DNA of 38,550 nucleotides from Octopus bimaculoides (Eukaryota), in contig NC_069006.1 in assembly GCF_001194135.2 (NCBI RefSeq), forward strand, positions 389,351 to 427,900. The letters run 5' to 3'. The notes under the pieces were generated by a model. The model saw nothing but the letters and a program-made list of their open reading frames with translations, searched no databases and was not told the DNA's origin. Of this stretch, positions 1 to 11,812 are shown one piece after another. The number at the start of each line of letters is the position of its first letter. The stretch's first letter is position 1. The position numbers and the translations under genes are program-made.

Positions 1-1031
1 TATATATATATATATATATATTAGTTATATAACCGACGCTATAATATGACACAACCACCACAACAGTTACCACCACCACGATGGAGTACAAGGCAGCGAT
101 TAAAAGTAAAGAGTACCTCTCTAATGAGGGTATTCGTAGATGAGGAATGAGAAATGGGGAGTTCCAAACGATGAGGTGGAGTCGAAGGAAAACTAGAAAG
201 ATATTCCAACATTAAACACCAACAACATCAACAACAGCAACAACAGCAACAAAAGCAACGAAATAAAAATTTAATTAAAACAAAAACATTATTCGGAAGA
301 AGAGAAAGTGCAACATCCTCATCAGCATCTCCAACGTCACCCATATCTATTGCTACACGAAACCCCCGGCTCCATGCCACCTTCTCTCCGTTTCTGATAA
401 CAGCTGCGGATTTCGGAAAGCCGAAGGGGAAAATAATGTATTATAAATGCGAAAAATACAAAACGAAATGTTTAATAGAAATAAAAAAATAAATATATTA
501 AAGATAAAAATGAAAAGCACCAGCTGCACCACCACCACCACCACCACCACCACCACCACCAACATGTAGCAATACAGCAACATACAGCAACATACTCACA
601 CATCACATACATATACACAAACACCGACACCCGATCTCAAACAAATATATTGCTATATAAATAAATATATATATAAATGTATGTTTATACATACATATAC
701 ATATTTGCATTTTATTATTATTATTATCATTATTATTAATCATAAGATGCAGATTGACTCAAGGCCCGGGAATTTCTTACATTGGCACTTATCACTTGTT
801 AGGTGCTAACGTACGAAACTGCCGAGCTTTGAGTCGATTTGTAATTTCTACCGATTAAGAAAAACAACAGCAAAACAAAAAAACCAAAAAAAACCCCAAA
901 AAACAAAACTGTATATTCTCATATTCTAAGTTTTATTTTCCTGCTTGTATCACCAAAGCTATACGTGCGTACACTCGCACACACACATATGCATACATAT
1001 ATACATACATATATACTTACGCACACATATA

Positions 1032-1064
<33 letters not shown>

Positions 1065-1140
1065 GCATATATATTTTAATGTAATATATAATGTAATATA
1101 TAATGTAATATACACACACACATGTACACACAAATACATG

Positions 1141-1174
<34 letters not shown>

Positions 1175-1291
1175 CTCGTATATACATAGATATATGTGTG
1201 TACTCGTATAAACATATATATGTATGTATGTATATATATATGCATGTATGTATGTANNNNNNNNNNATGTATGTATGTATATCTATGTATG

Positions 1292-1325
<34 letters not shown>

Positions 1326-1453
1326 AATCCAGGCACCCAGAGGCACACATACCTACGTACATGGATGCATATAAGTATATATGAATATATAAACATCTTT
1401 CTATACAATTATTCATCCAAACACATTCATACACACATATATCTATATCTATG

Positions 1454-1498
<45 letters not shown>

Positions 1499-1866
1499 GT
1501 CTCTATATGTATATATTAGTATGTGTGTGTGTGTGTGTGTGTGTGCTTATGTCTAAAAGATGTGAAAGTAGATGCACATTCGCCATATTAGTCGGTTATT
1601 TCGGATGATAAACTGCGAGTCAGCAAAAGGCAGGGAAAGAAAACAACATTAAAGTTTTTAAGATTTAACAAGCGAAAGATAACAACACAAGAAAGTATAA
1701 AACAGCAACATCAAAACTTTACAAGGGAACGAAACAGCGAAGTAAAAGAACTGGGATGGGTCACGTATTATAATAGAGAATATAGTTGAAAGGGTCATGT
1801 CACACACACATATGCACTCACGGGTATGTATGCACATTCACTCATTGGGATGTGTGTGTGTGAATG

Positions 1867-1961
<95 letters not shown>

Positions 1962-1967
1962 TTAGAT

Positions 1968-2039
1968 GCCTCCATAGCCCAGTGGTTAGCGTACTGCTTT
2001 TGTAAACCAGGGTCGTGAGTTCGATCCTCATTGACGGCT
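1968..2039 (+). pseudogene. tRNA-Thr(TGT)-derived sequence; degenerate, probably the head of a SINE (family D)
   Basis: GCCTCCATAGCCCAGTGGTTAGCGTACTGCTTTTGTAAACCAGGGTCGTGAGTTCGATCCTCATTGACGGCT has an A box, a B box (GAGTTCGATCC) and a TT-TGT-AA anticodon loop. Two acceptor-stem mismatches and one anticodon-stem mismatch argue against a functional tRNA. Confidence 0.8.
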
Positions 2040-2109
2040 TCTATTACACGTTCACTTATTTTACTGGCGGTACCCCAGCATGCGTACATCCTTAGGACTG
2101 AAGGGTATA
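1968..2109 (+). mobile_element. Short tRNA-Thr-headed SINE (family D)
   Basis: The tRNA head is followed by GGCGGTACCCCAGCATG...GACTGAA, which resembles the family B 3' end (GGCGGTGCTCCAGCATG...GACTGAA), and then a (TA)n run. Confidence 0.6.
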
Positions 2110-3249
2110 TATATATATATTCTTTTATACCCTTCAGTCGTAAGGATGTAGGCATGCTGGGGTATGTATATCTATATATATATATGTATTATAGGAAACA
2201 GTATATAACCATCACTACACCTATACATATATATACACACACACATACACACATACATATATACAAATATGTATGACACTAATACAAGGATAACGGTTAA
2301 AATTCAAATATGCATTTTTGTCTCCTCCTCCATAAACATGCCACACATAGATGTATCTACACACANNNNNNNNNNNNNNNNNNNNNNNNNNNNNNNNNNN
2401 NNNNNNNNNNNNNNNNNNNNNNNNNNNNNNNNNNNNNNNNNNNNNNNNNNNNNNNNNNNNNNNNNNNNNNNNNNNNNNNNNNNNNNNNNNNNNNNNNNNN
2501 NNNNNNNNNNNNNNNNNNNNNNNNNNNNNNNNNNNNNNNNNNNNNNNNNNNNNNNNNNNNNNNNNNNNNNNNNNNNNNNNNNNNNNNNNNNNNNNNNNNN
2601 NNNNNNNNNNNNNNNNNNNNNNNNNNNNNNNNNNNNNNNNNNNNNNNNNNNNNNNNNNNNNNNNNNNNNNNNNNNNNNNNNNNNNNNNNNNNNNNNNNNN
2701 NNNNNNNNNNNNNNNNNNNNNNNNNNNNNNNNNNNNNNNNNNNNNNNNNNNNNNNNNNNNNNNNNNNNNNNNNNNNNNNNNNNNNNNNNNNNNNNNNNNN
2801 NNNNNNNNNNNNNNNNNNNNNNNNNNNNNNNNNNNNNNNNNNNNNNNNNNNNNNNNNNNNNNNNNNNNNNNNNNNNNNNNNNNNNNNNNNNNNNNNNNNN
2901 NNNNNNNNNNNNNNNNNNNNNNNNNNNNNNNNNNNNNNNNNNNNNNNNNNNNNNNNNNNNNNNNNNNNNNNNNNNNNNNNNNNNNNNNNNNNNNNNNNNN
3001 NNNNNNNNNNNNNNNNNNNNNNNNNNNNNNNNNNNNNNNNNNNNNNNNNNNNNNNNNNNNNNNNNNNNNNNNNNNNNNNNNNNNNNNNNNNNNNNNNNNN
3101 NNNNNNNNNNNNNNNNNNNNNNNNNNNNNNNNNNNNNNNNNNNNNNNNNNNNNNNNNNNNNNNNNNNNNNNNNNNNNNNNNNNNNTTCAGTCGTAAGGAT
3201 GTAGGCATGCTGGGGTATGTATATCTATATATATATATAATATATTAGT

Positions 3250-3430
3250 TCGGTGCAGTCATGGAAGTGTGTTTAAGAAGCTCGTTTCGCATGGACACTG
3301 TTTCGGGTTCAGTCCCATCAAAGAGCGATAATATTGGGCAAGTGTCATCACCACCACTACTAGATTCTTGCATTAACTCCTTTAGCCTTGGGCTGACCAA
3401 TGCCTGACGAATTAGTTAGGTATGCAGAAG
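3250..3430 (+). mobile_element. SINE family B, degenerate 5' part
   Basis: GGGTTCAGTCCCA B-box-like motif, TTGGGCAAGTGTC and AGCCTTGGGCTGACCAATGCC match the other family B copies. Confidence 0.6.
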
Positions 3431-3443
3431 CTGTGTTCGAATA

Positions 3444-3550
3444 CTCGGCAAAATTTGAACATGTAACGTAAAGAACCGGAAATCATAGCATCGAGCATTT
3501 TATCTGCTGCTCCAAAGATTTTGTCAATTCGCCAACATTGCCGCCATTAA
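3444..3550 (-). mobile_element. SINE family A, old 5' fragment
   Basis: The reverse complement reads TAATGGCGGC...AAAATGCT...TTTACGTTACATGTTCAAATTTTGCCGAG, matching the family A head. Confidence 0.55.
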
Positions 3551-3836
3551 TAACAAATATTACTTTGACTTCTATATTCTGCACAGTGTTCTTTAATCAA
3601 TGCATGTATACTATACTTAAGTACATGAAAGAATGATTCCCCCCCGCCCTCTCTCTCTCTCCCAGTGTGTCTATCTGTTTATCTATCTACCGCTCTCTTC
3701 CTCAGTATATGCACACACAGAGACACACATAAACATATCTACATGTATATATATATACATGTATATACATATATGTACATATATACATGTATATGTGTAT
3801 ATATACATACATGTATATATATATATATACATGTGT

Positions 3837-3875
<39 letters not shown>

Positions 3876-3918
3876 CATATGTATATACATACATGTATAC
3901 ATATGTATATATGTATAC

Positions 3919-3949
<31 letters not shown>

Positions 3950-4012
3950 CATACACAAATTCATCTACACGCACACATGCTTATAATCACAAATATGTAT
4001 ATTTACACACAC

Positions 4013-4052
<40 letters not shown>

Positions 4053-5001
4053 ACACATGAATATATATATCATTAGAATGTAGATGAGTGTAAGCGGTTA
4101 TATTTCCACAGGGAAATATAGTTAATATAATCCAGCAAACTCTGTGTCAACTCCGTCTAACTTCTTTCCAATATATTTACATCGTTATCTCCCCCTCTTT
4201 CTCCCACGCCACCACCACCACCACCACCACCACGCTCCATACCTTCCCTGTTACTCCTCCCCCTCCTCCTTCCACTCATTCTAATATTTCAAATGTTGCA
4301 GGTTCTGTTGAGCTCATGACTATTGTTGTTGTTCTCGTTCTTATTGTACTTGGTGGTGGTGGTGGTGGTGGTGGTGGTGCACCGTGTTGCTTACTTGCAC
4401 AACTGACGATGATGATGATGACGATGATGACGATGTTGCTGTTGTTTCATTCGTGTATTGATGTGTCGGTAGTGGTGGTGGTGGTGGACTGGCGTTATAG
4501 ATCCTGTGGTGGTGGTGGTGGTGGTGGTGGTGGTGGTGAAATTGTAGCGTTGATCGTTTATTGTTGTTCTTACTATTATTGGCGTTACTGTTGTTGTTGT
4601 TGGTGATTCTGTTGTTCTTACAACTGATTATATTTTTGCATTTCATGTTGTTGCAGTTGTTGTTGCTGTCACTACTGCTGTCCTTAATCCTACTACTGTT
4701 GTTGTTGTTGTTGTTGTTATTGTTGTAACAATACGTGATTTTGTTGTTGTTGTTCTCATCGTCATCGTCTGCTGATTAATATTTTTTTTCCTTTTCACGC
4801 TTATATTCTTGTTGTTATTGTTACTGTCGACCCTATTCTAAACGTTGATCTTGCTGTTGTTCTTGTTGCTACCACACTTGTCATTGTTCTTATTATTGTT
4901 GACCTTCTTCTTCTCCTTCTTCTTCCTCTTCCTGCTCCTGTTGTTGTTATTGTAGTTGCTGTCGTCGTCGTTGTTTTTGTTACTGTTGATATTGCTGTCT
5001 T

Positions 5002-5371
5002 GAGGCGCAATGGCCCAGTGGTTAGGGCAGCGGACTCGCGGTTTCGATTCCCAGAACGGACGTTGTGAATGTTTATAGAGCGAAAACACCTAAAGTTCCG
5101 CGAGGCTCCGGCAGGGGATGGTGGCGAACCCTGCTGTACTCTTTCACCACAACTTCCTCTCACTCTATCTTCCTGTTTCTGTTGTACCTGTAATTCAAAG
5201 GGTCAGCCTTGTCACACTGTGTCACGCTGAATATCCACGAGAACTACGTTAAGGGTACACGTGTCTGTGGAGTGCTCAGCCACTTGCACGTTAATTTCAA
5301 GAGCAGGCTGTTCCGTTGATAGGATCAACTGGAACCCTCGTCGTCGTAAGCGACGGAATGCCAACAGCAAC
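5002..5371 (+). mobile_element. tRNA-derived SINE family C, near full length, (CAA)n tail
   Basis: TGGCCCAGTGG A box and GGTTTCGATTCC B box; about 370 bp closely matching 34328-34720; flanking direct repeat GATATTGCT at 4988-4996 and 5372-5380. Confidence 0.9.
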
Positions 5372-5392
5372 GATATTGCTATCGTTGTGGCC

Positions 5393-5459
<67 letters not shown>

Positions 5460-5522
5460 TCAATGTATCATATATTCTGGAGGGAAGCTCACTCTAAAGT
5501 ATGGAGCAGTAATGTATTTTAT

Positions 5523-5694
5523 ATGTAGTTAAGTCTATGTCCGGTCATAGAGTGACCAATGGTTTCGCGTCCACAAAGGTCTTACCTAGTGGAAGTCTTT
5601 GGCTTTAGAGTTTGACGAAACATCCACGGGGCTAAGCCTTTTGTGGATGCGAAACCAGTGGTCACTCTGTAATCGGACATAGACTTAACTACAT
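5523..5694. repeat. Fold-back element with ~57-bp inverted arms around an HHR motif
   Basis: 5523-5579 is the reverse complement of 5637-5694 with about 5 substitutions and a 1-nt indel. Confidence 0.9.
5606..5669 (+). ncRNA. Type I hammerhead ribozyme motif with mutated core (C3>U)
   Basis: Stem I TAGAGT/ACTCTG; core TTGACGA plus an extra A; stem II ACATCCAC/GTGGATGC; GAA; stem III ACC/GGT; GUC site at 5661-5663. Confidence 0.7.
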
Positions 5695-5855
5695 TTTCCA
5701 TTATTCTTATGTTCTCCAAAACACGCTTCACTTCTCCTCCTCGGAATTAACACTCACGCAATGGTGATGACCAATTCCTCGGGTGCTTATGTGACATTCG
5801 GGGTTCCTGTAACTGTTCCTCTGGATCTTTCCTTGTAAACTGAACATATATATAT

Positions 5856-6146
5856 GGAAAACAAACTTCAACCAGCTATTCTGATATGTCTGTGCACACG
5901 TTTGAATGTGGTGTGTGCGTGCCAGAGGGCTTGCAAATCCAATTGGGGTCTTAGAAGACATGTTAGGATCTACAATGAGCAGAACTTACTTGCAGGTATT
6001 GGTAGTACAAATCAGAGGTGCAATCTATGTGGGTGTTTTTTCAAAATATTGTCTGGTTTAAAAAGCCACATCAGACGACATGAAAGGGCTAAGGTGTAGG
6101 TGCAGGAGGTGGTCAAACTCTGTGTAAGGAGTAGACAACCACCATG
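5856..6146 (+). pseudogene. Two-finger C2H2 coding remnant, probably the 3' end of an RTE-like LINE ORF2
   Basis: [21 protein letters not shown] precedes the stop at 6097-6099. Removing one duplicated GTGC gives FECGVCQRACKSNWGLRRHVRIY for finger 1. There is no TGEKP linker, and a short 3' segment runs into a microsatellite. Confidence 0.6.
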
Positions 6147-6150
6147 TATA

Positions 6151-6195
<45 letters not shown>

Positions 6196-6770
6196 ATGTG
6201 TGTACATATATATATATGTATGTATATGTATGTACATATATATATATGTATGTATATGTACATATATATATATATGTATGTATATGTATGTATATGTGTA
6301 TATATATATATGTATGTATATGTGTGTACATATATATATGTATGTATATGCATGTATATGTGTATATATATATATATGTATGTATATGTGTGTACATATA
6401 TATATGTATGTATATGCATGTANNNNNNNNNNNNNNNNNNNNNNNNNNNNNNNNNNNNNNNNNNNNNNNNNNNNNNNNNNNNNNNNNNNNNNNNNNNNNN
6501 NNNNNNNNNNNNNNNNNNNNNNNNNNNNNNNNNNNNNNNNNNNNNNNNNNNNNNNNNNNNNNNNNNNNNNNNNNNNNNNNNNNNNNNNNNNNNNNNNNNN
6601 NNNNNNNNNNNNNNNNNNNNNNNNNNNNNNNNNNNNNNNNNNNNNNNNNNNNNNNNNNNNNNNNNNNNNNNNNNNNNNNNNNNNNNNNNNNNNNNNNNNN
6701 NNNNNNNNNNNNNNNATATATATGTATATATATATATATGTATATATATATATGTATATATATATATATG

Positions 6771-6801
<31 letters not shown>

Positions 6802-6812
6802 GCTGGTATATA

Positions 6813-6855
6813 CGATTTGGCCTCTTCAAGGCGGTACCTTGAAGAGGCCAAATCG
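6813..6855. repeat. Perfect 19-bp hairpin with a 5-nt loop
   Basis: CGATTTGGCCTCTTCAAGG-CGGTA-CCTTGAAGAGGCCAAATCG. Confidence 0.95.
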
Positions 6856-7424
6856 CCTGCACCCATACAGCGGCGCCTAATCCTCTCATTCCGAGTCAAA
6901 TCATTCAATAAGACCAGAATGTAACATCGTTGTTACACCATGGCTTTGGTACACGAAAATCCCCTTCAAATGCAGCTGCACTCTTTTCTCTTGCAGTCAT
7001 TAACATTAAGCAAGAAATCCGAGCGTTGGTCGGTCTTCGTTTTCTATTTCCTATACTTCTGTCTTCTCAGTTTGTCTTTGTCACTGTCTTGGTGAGAGAA
7101 AACAACGGAGAGTAATTCGGTGCCGACTGTCGTTGCATTAGTGTTGTTGTTGTTGTTGTTGTAATGCTGCTGTGATGCATTAGTAAAGGATGGCGATGTC
7201 ATTGCTTATGGCCCCAGGCAACAATCTGCAAGAGATGGCTTTACATGCCGACAGAACATGCCGCAACGATGCACAGCCTCAAGCCTACATTCACACACAC
7301 ACAAACACACACACACACACACACACACGTACGTACGTACAATGTGTGTATATATATTTATGCGCATGTCAATATATTTGTGTGTGTATGTGTGTATGAA
7401 TGTGAATACAAGTATGCATATGCG

Positions 7425-7475
<51 letters not shown>

Positions 7476-7587
7476 CAATATTTATGCGCATGTCAATATA
7501 TTTATGCGTGTGTGTATGTGTGAGTGTGTATACATGTATGCATATACAAACGCGCGCGCACACATACAAGTACCATGCGTACATACA

Positions 7588-7622
<35 letters not shown>

Positions 7623-7759
7623 NNNNNNNNNNNNNNNNNNNNNNNNNNNNNNNNNNNNNNNNNNNNNNNNNNNNNNNNNNNNNNNNNNNNNNNNNNNNNN
7701 NNNNNNNNNNNNNNNNNNNNNNNNNNNNNNNNNNNNNNNNNNNNNNNNNNNNNNNNNNA

Positions 7760-7793
<34 letters not shown>

Positions 7794-8157
7794 ATATATA
7801 TACATACATGCACGCACACACACACACACACGCCTATCTTCAACACAAACACGAATACACATTACCGCAGGTATATACACCCACGTCATCACCCCTCCCA
7901 CCTCACCCCCACTCCCTATCAGCCCTTCTCTTATCTAAACTAAACCCAATGAATCACCAACTATATTTCGCCAACTTCTATCGAAACGGCTTTCTACACA
8001 CACTGGTAATAATTAGATTGAGCAATGGAGTCAATTAGAAGTTTAATCAACAAGGCTTTTTTTTTTCGGTTTTTACGAGATGTGGTTGTTGTGCAGGTCT
8101 GTGATGTTGATAATGGCAATGAAAGTGGTGGCGCTGGTGGCGGTGCAGTGACGACGG

Positions 8158-8188
<31 letters not shown>

Positions 8189-9040
8189 AATAGTGATGAA
8201 GTTTTTGATGGTGGTGGAAATAGTTGATGTTGTTGCTGTTGGGGTGGTAGTTGGTGCTGTTGCTGTTGTAGTCGGTGTTGTTGGTGGTGGCGGTGCTAGT
8301 GCTGGTGGTTGAGGTGGTGGTGGCGGTGGTGGTGGCAGCAGTAATGGTGATGAGAAGAGTTGACGGTGGTTCTGGCGTTGATGCTAGCGATGGCGACGAT
8401 GGAGAATCTGATGGTGGTGGTGGTCATGGTGGTGGTGGTGGTGGTGATGATGACAGTGGTGTTGGTGATTGGGGTAACGGGGAATTGACAGTGGTGTCAG
8501 AGCACATGGTATTGGCGACAGTAGTGGTGATGCTAGTGATGGTGGTGGTAGGGTGGTGGTGGTAGTATTGTGATGCTGTTAATGTTGGTTGTAGTTTTGG
8601 CGTTGGTAGTGGTGATGTTGTTGCTGTTGCTGTTGTTGGTGATGGTGTTGGCGGTGGCAATTAATTACTAACTACTTTAATCAAGTTGGGTTCAACCTCA
8701 TACTTGCTTAAGGACATCACAGTGGTAATTGCTTGAAAGTCGGTGGTGGTGGTAGCGGAGGTAGTAGTAGTAGTACTGGTGGTGCTACTGGTCGTACTAA
8801 TGGTGGTGGTAGTAGTAATAGCAATAGTAGTAGTAGCAGCAGCAGTAGTAGTATTAGTTGTAATACTAGTTAAAGCGGTCTGAGTAGTAGTACCAAGTGG
8901 TCGTAATAATTATGGAGTAGCTAGTAATATGAATGTTAGTAGTAGTCGTAGTAGTAGCATGTGTAATTGATAATTAAAAAAATTTTAATTAAAAATTAAA
9001 GTACAAAAATAGTCGTCCTCCTCCCCCTCCTCCTCCTTAT

Positions 9041-9270
9041 TAAGGCGGTTAGCTTAATAATAATTGTTAGCAGGTCGGGCAAAATAGCTGGCGTCATTTC
9101 GTTCGTCTTTACGTTCCAGGCTCGAATGCCGCAGGGGTCAACTTTGCTTTTCTTCCTTCTGGTGTCGAAAAAATAAGTACCAGTCTAGCACTACAGCCAA
9201 TACAATCGAGTTATCCCTCCACCGAAATTGCTAGCCTTGTACCTACATTTGAAACCATTATTATTATTAT
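9041..9270 (+). mobile_element. SINE family A copy with (ATT)n tail
   Basis: TAAGGCGG head, CTTTACGTTCC...GGTCAACTTTGC, ATAAGTACCAG, then GCCTTGT...TTTGAAACC(ATT)n. Confidence 0.8.
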
Positions 9271-9287
9271 TAGTAGTAGTAGTAGTA

Positions 9288-9848
9288 TCTTTGAACGAGA
9301 GAGCAATGCGTGCTATCAAAGTGACACTGGAGTAAAATATACGAAACCCAATATACCCATCATGACTACCCGTCTGACAAGGGTACACCAGGCACATGCA
9401 TCACAATCATATGTGCACGACATGGAAATCTCACATAAAGATAAACAGCACAGGATCTTACAGGTGGGGTCCAGTTAGAATTTTCTTCAGGACGAGTAGT
9501 CCAGTCCACTCAAATGGTCCCGGAATAAGATTTGTTTAAGGATGATGAATGAAATGCTCATGTTTCCGTGGTTGAATTATTCAAATCCCAAAGAATTCCT
9601 CTCAACACATGGCTATGATGCCCCCCTCCACTACTTCTGCTCTTGATCAGAGATGCACATATCATCATCCACAAAGGGACATGCTCAACTGGCTAAAGTC
9701 AAACAACTGACAAGTAAATATGCAGCATTGGGCAGAATATATGCTGTAGCAATCCTTTAAACCAAAAAAAATAATGTACATGACAACACTTTCAATCAGT
9801 TAAGATCAGGAGCCATGAGAGAAACTACTTAGTACTGCATTAGGGCAT
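9288..9848 (-). mobile_element. Non-LTR retroelement 3' region (family E); 5' boundary uncertain
   Basis: 9300-9412 is the reverse-complement homologue of 14273-14392, and both end at trinucleotide tails. I see no ORF. Confidence 0.6.
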
Positions 9849-9877
9849 GTTGTTGTTGTTGCTGTTATAATTATTAT

Positions 9878-10547
9878 TAAGACGGCGAGCTGGCAGAATC
9901 GTTAAAACGCCAGGCAAAATGCTTAGCGGTATTTCATTTGCCACTACATTCTGTGTTCAAATTCCACCGATGTTGACTTTGCCTTTCATCCTTTCGGAGT
10001 CAATAAATTAAGTACCAGTGAAACACAGGGGGTCGATGTAATCGATTAGTCCCCTCCCCCGAAATTTCAGGCCTTGTGACTATAGTGGAAAGGATTATTA
10101 TTGTTATTATTAAGGTGGCGATCTTGCTGAATCGTTACCATACAGGGCGAAGTGCTTAGCGTTATTTCGCCTGTCTTTACGTTCTGAGTTCAAGTTCCGC
10201 CGAGGTCGACTTTGCCTTTCATCCTTCATGGTCGATAAATTAAGTACCAGTGGAACATTGGAGTTGATGTAATCCACTAGTCCCCGCCCCACAAATTACA
10301 GGCCTTGTGTCTAAAGAAGAAAGGATTATTATTATTATTATTATTATTAAGGTGGTGAGCCGGCAGAGCCTTGAGTACGACGGGAAAGATACTTTGCTGC
10401 ATTACGACCATATTTGCCTTTCATCCTTTCGATGAAATAAGTAGCGTTTGAACACAGATTGATGTAATCAATTTATCCCCTCCCCCACAATTGATGCCCT
10501 TGTGGCAAAATTTGAAACCATTATTATTATTATTATTATTATTACTA
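9878..10547 (+). mobile_element. Head-to-tail array of three family A SINEs (9878-10110, 10111-10347, 10348-10547)
   Basis: Each copy starts TAAG(A/G)(C/T)GG, contains CTTTGCCTTTCATCCTT..TAAGTA and ends (ATT)n. The first two keep the GTTCAA B box; the third lacks that segment. Confidence 0.9.
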
Positions 10548-10660
10548 CTAGCTGGCCCTGAGCCGGCTAATTGTAGTATTTTATATATAAAGGTACAAAA
10601 TAACCACAGATACAAACATTCACGTACTTCTCTTGTACACGCACACACATACACACATAT

Positions 10661-10802
10661 ACTCACACACAGTTGAAACGCTGTTTGATTTTTCTTTTCA
10701 GCGTTGATATTACCCCTTCCTTCCTTATTCATCTATCATCCCTTCCTTTCTCATTCATATGTTGTGAAGGGGAAAAACACAAGAATATTATTATAGTAGA
10801 TT
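10661..10802 (+). repeat. Unclassified dispersed repeat H; second copy inverted at 32497-32617
   Basis: Shared GTTGAAACGCT, CCCCTTCCTTATTCATCTATC and TTCATATGTTGTGA..GAAAAACAC blocks. Confidence 0.75.
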
Positions 10803-11037
10803 ATTGTTGTTGTTGTTACAATAATAATAATAATAATAATTATTATTATTTAGTAGTACTAGAAGTAGTAGTATTAGTAGCGTAAAGAATTCTGTGACAA
10901 TTTAAGATAAAATATACACACACACATATATATATGATTAAACAATTACATATGGTTTTTTTTTTGATTTGCAAGATTCTTGATTGAACTCTTGTGTTGG
11001 GACAGATGTTGTGGTGTCTCGGGAGGGCCATTTGGCC

Positions 11038-11231
11038 AATAATAAACACACGCGCCGGCTCTATTTCACTTCTTTTACAATTATTAGTCAATTGGTTAAT
11101 TATTTAATCAGTTAATTAATCTACTGTCTGATTAATTGTTCAGTCAAGAAATAAATTAATCAATCAATTAATCAGTCATTTAAGTTCGTCAGTGCTGTTT
11201 CGTCGCCATTCGTGATCTCATCAATGACATG
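11038..11231 (+). repeat. Unclassified dispersed repeat G; second copy at 29556-29734
   Basis: Exact TTATTAGTCAATTGGTTA (11081 and 29601), ATTAATTGTTC and TCAATGACATG blocks, colinear in both copies. Confidence 0.75.
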
Positions 11232-11773
11232 CGCTGCTCTCTCAACCTTAGAATCTGTTGCAAATCTGTTTGTCCTTGAGTTTACTGCATCTTCCTGCAC
11301 AACACCAAATTTCACGACGTACACACGATCGCACACACATACATAAATATAGATACGTAATATACATAAATATGCATGCGCACATCTATGTAAACACACA
11401 CACACACACATTCTCTCTCTCACACACACACGCACATTCTGTCTCCCTCTCTCACACACGCACACAGGTACATGTATAAACTCTCACACATACATGCACA
11501 ATCATCCGCAAAAATACACAATGCACGCATATCAAACAAATATACACAGACAGAGACACACGGCGGCAGACAATGAAATACACACACACACACACACACA
11601 CACACACCTTACACAAAACGCATATACAAACACATACACATGCACAACCACGCATATATACACATACACACAAATTACGTGCATACACAGTTACAAAAAC
11701 TCCACATACACAAATACATAAATATATACAAATAAAAATATACACATATATATACACAAAAAAATTACATGCG

Positions 11774-11812
<39 letters not shown>

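Noticed and set aside
1968-2039. Functional tRNA-Thr gene
   Set aside because: Stem mismatches and a SINE-like tail favour a pseudogene or SINE head; tRNAscan-SE would decide.
6997-7091. Possible exon with a polypyrimidine acceptor and GTGAGA donor
   Set aside because: No recognisable protein in any frame; splice-like signals are common in such sequence.
9878-10547. CRISPR-like or satellite interpretation of the recurring ~230-bp units
   Set aside because: The units are diverged Pol III SINEs with tails, not repeat-spacer arrays.
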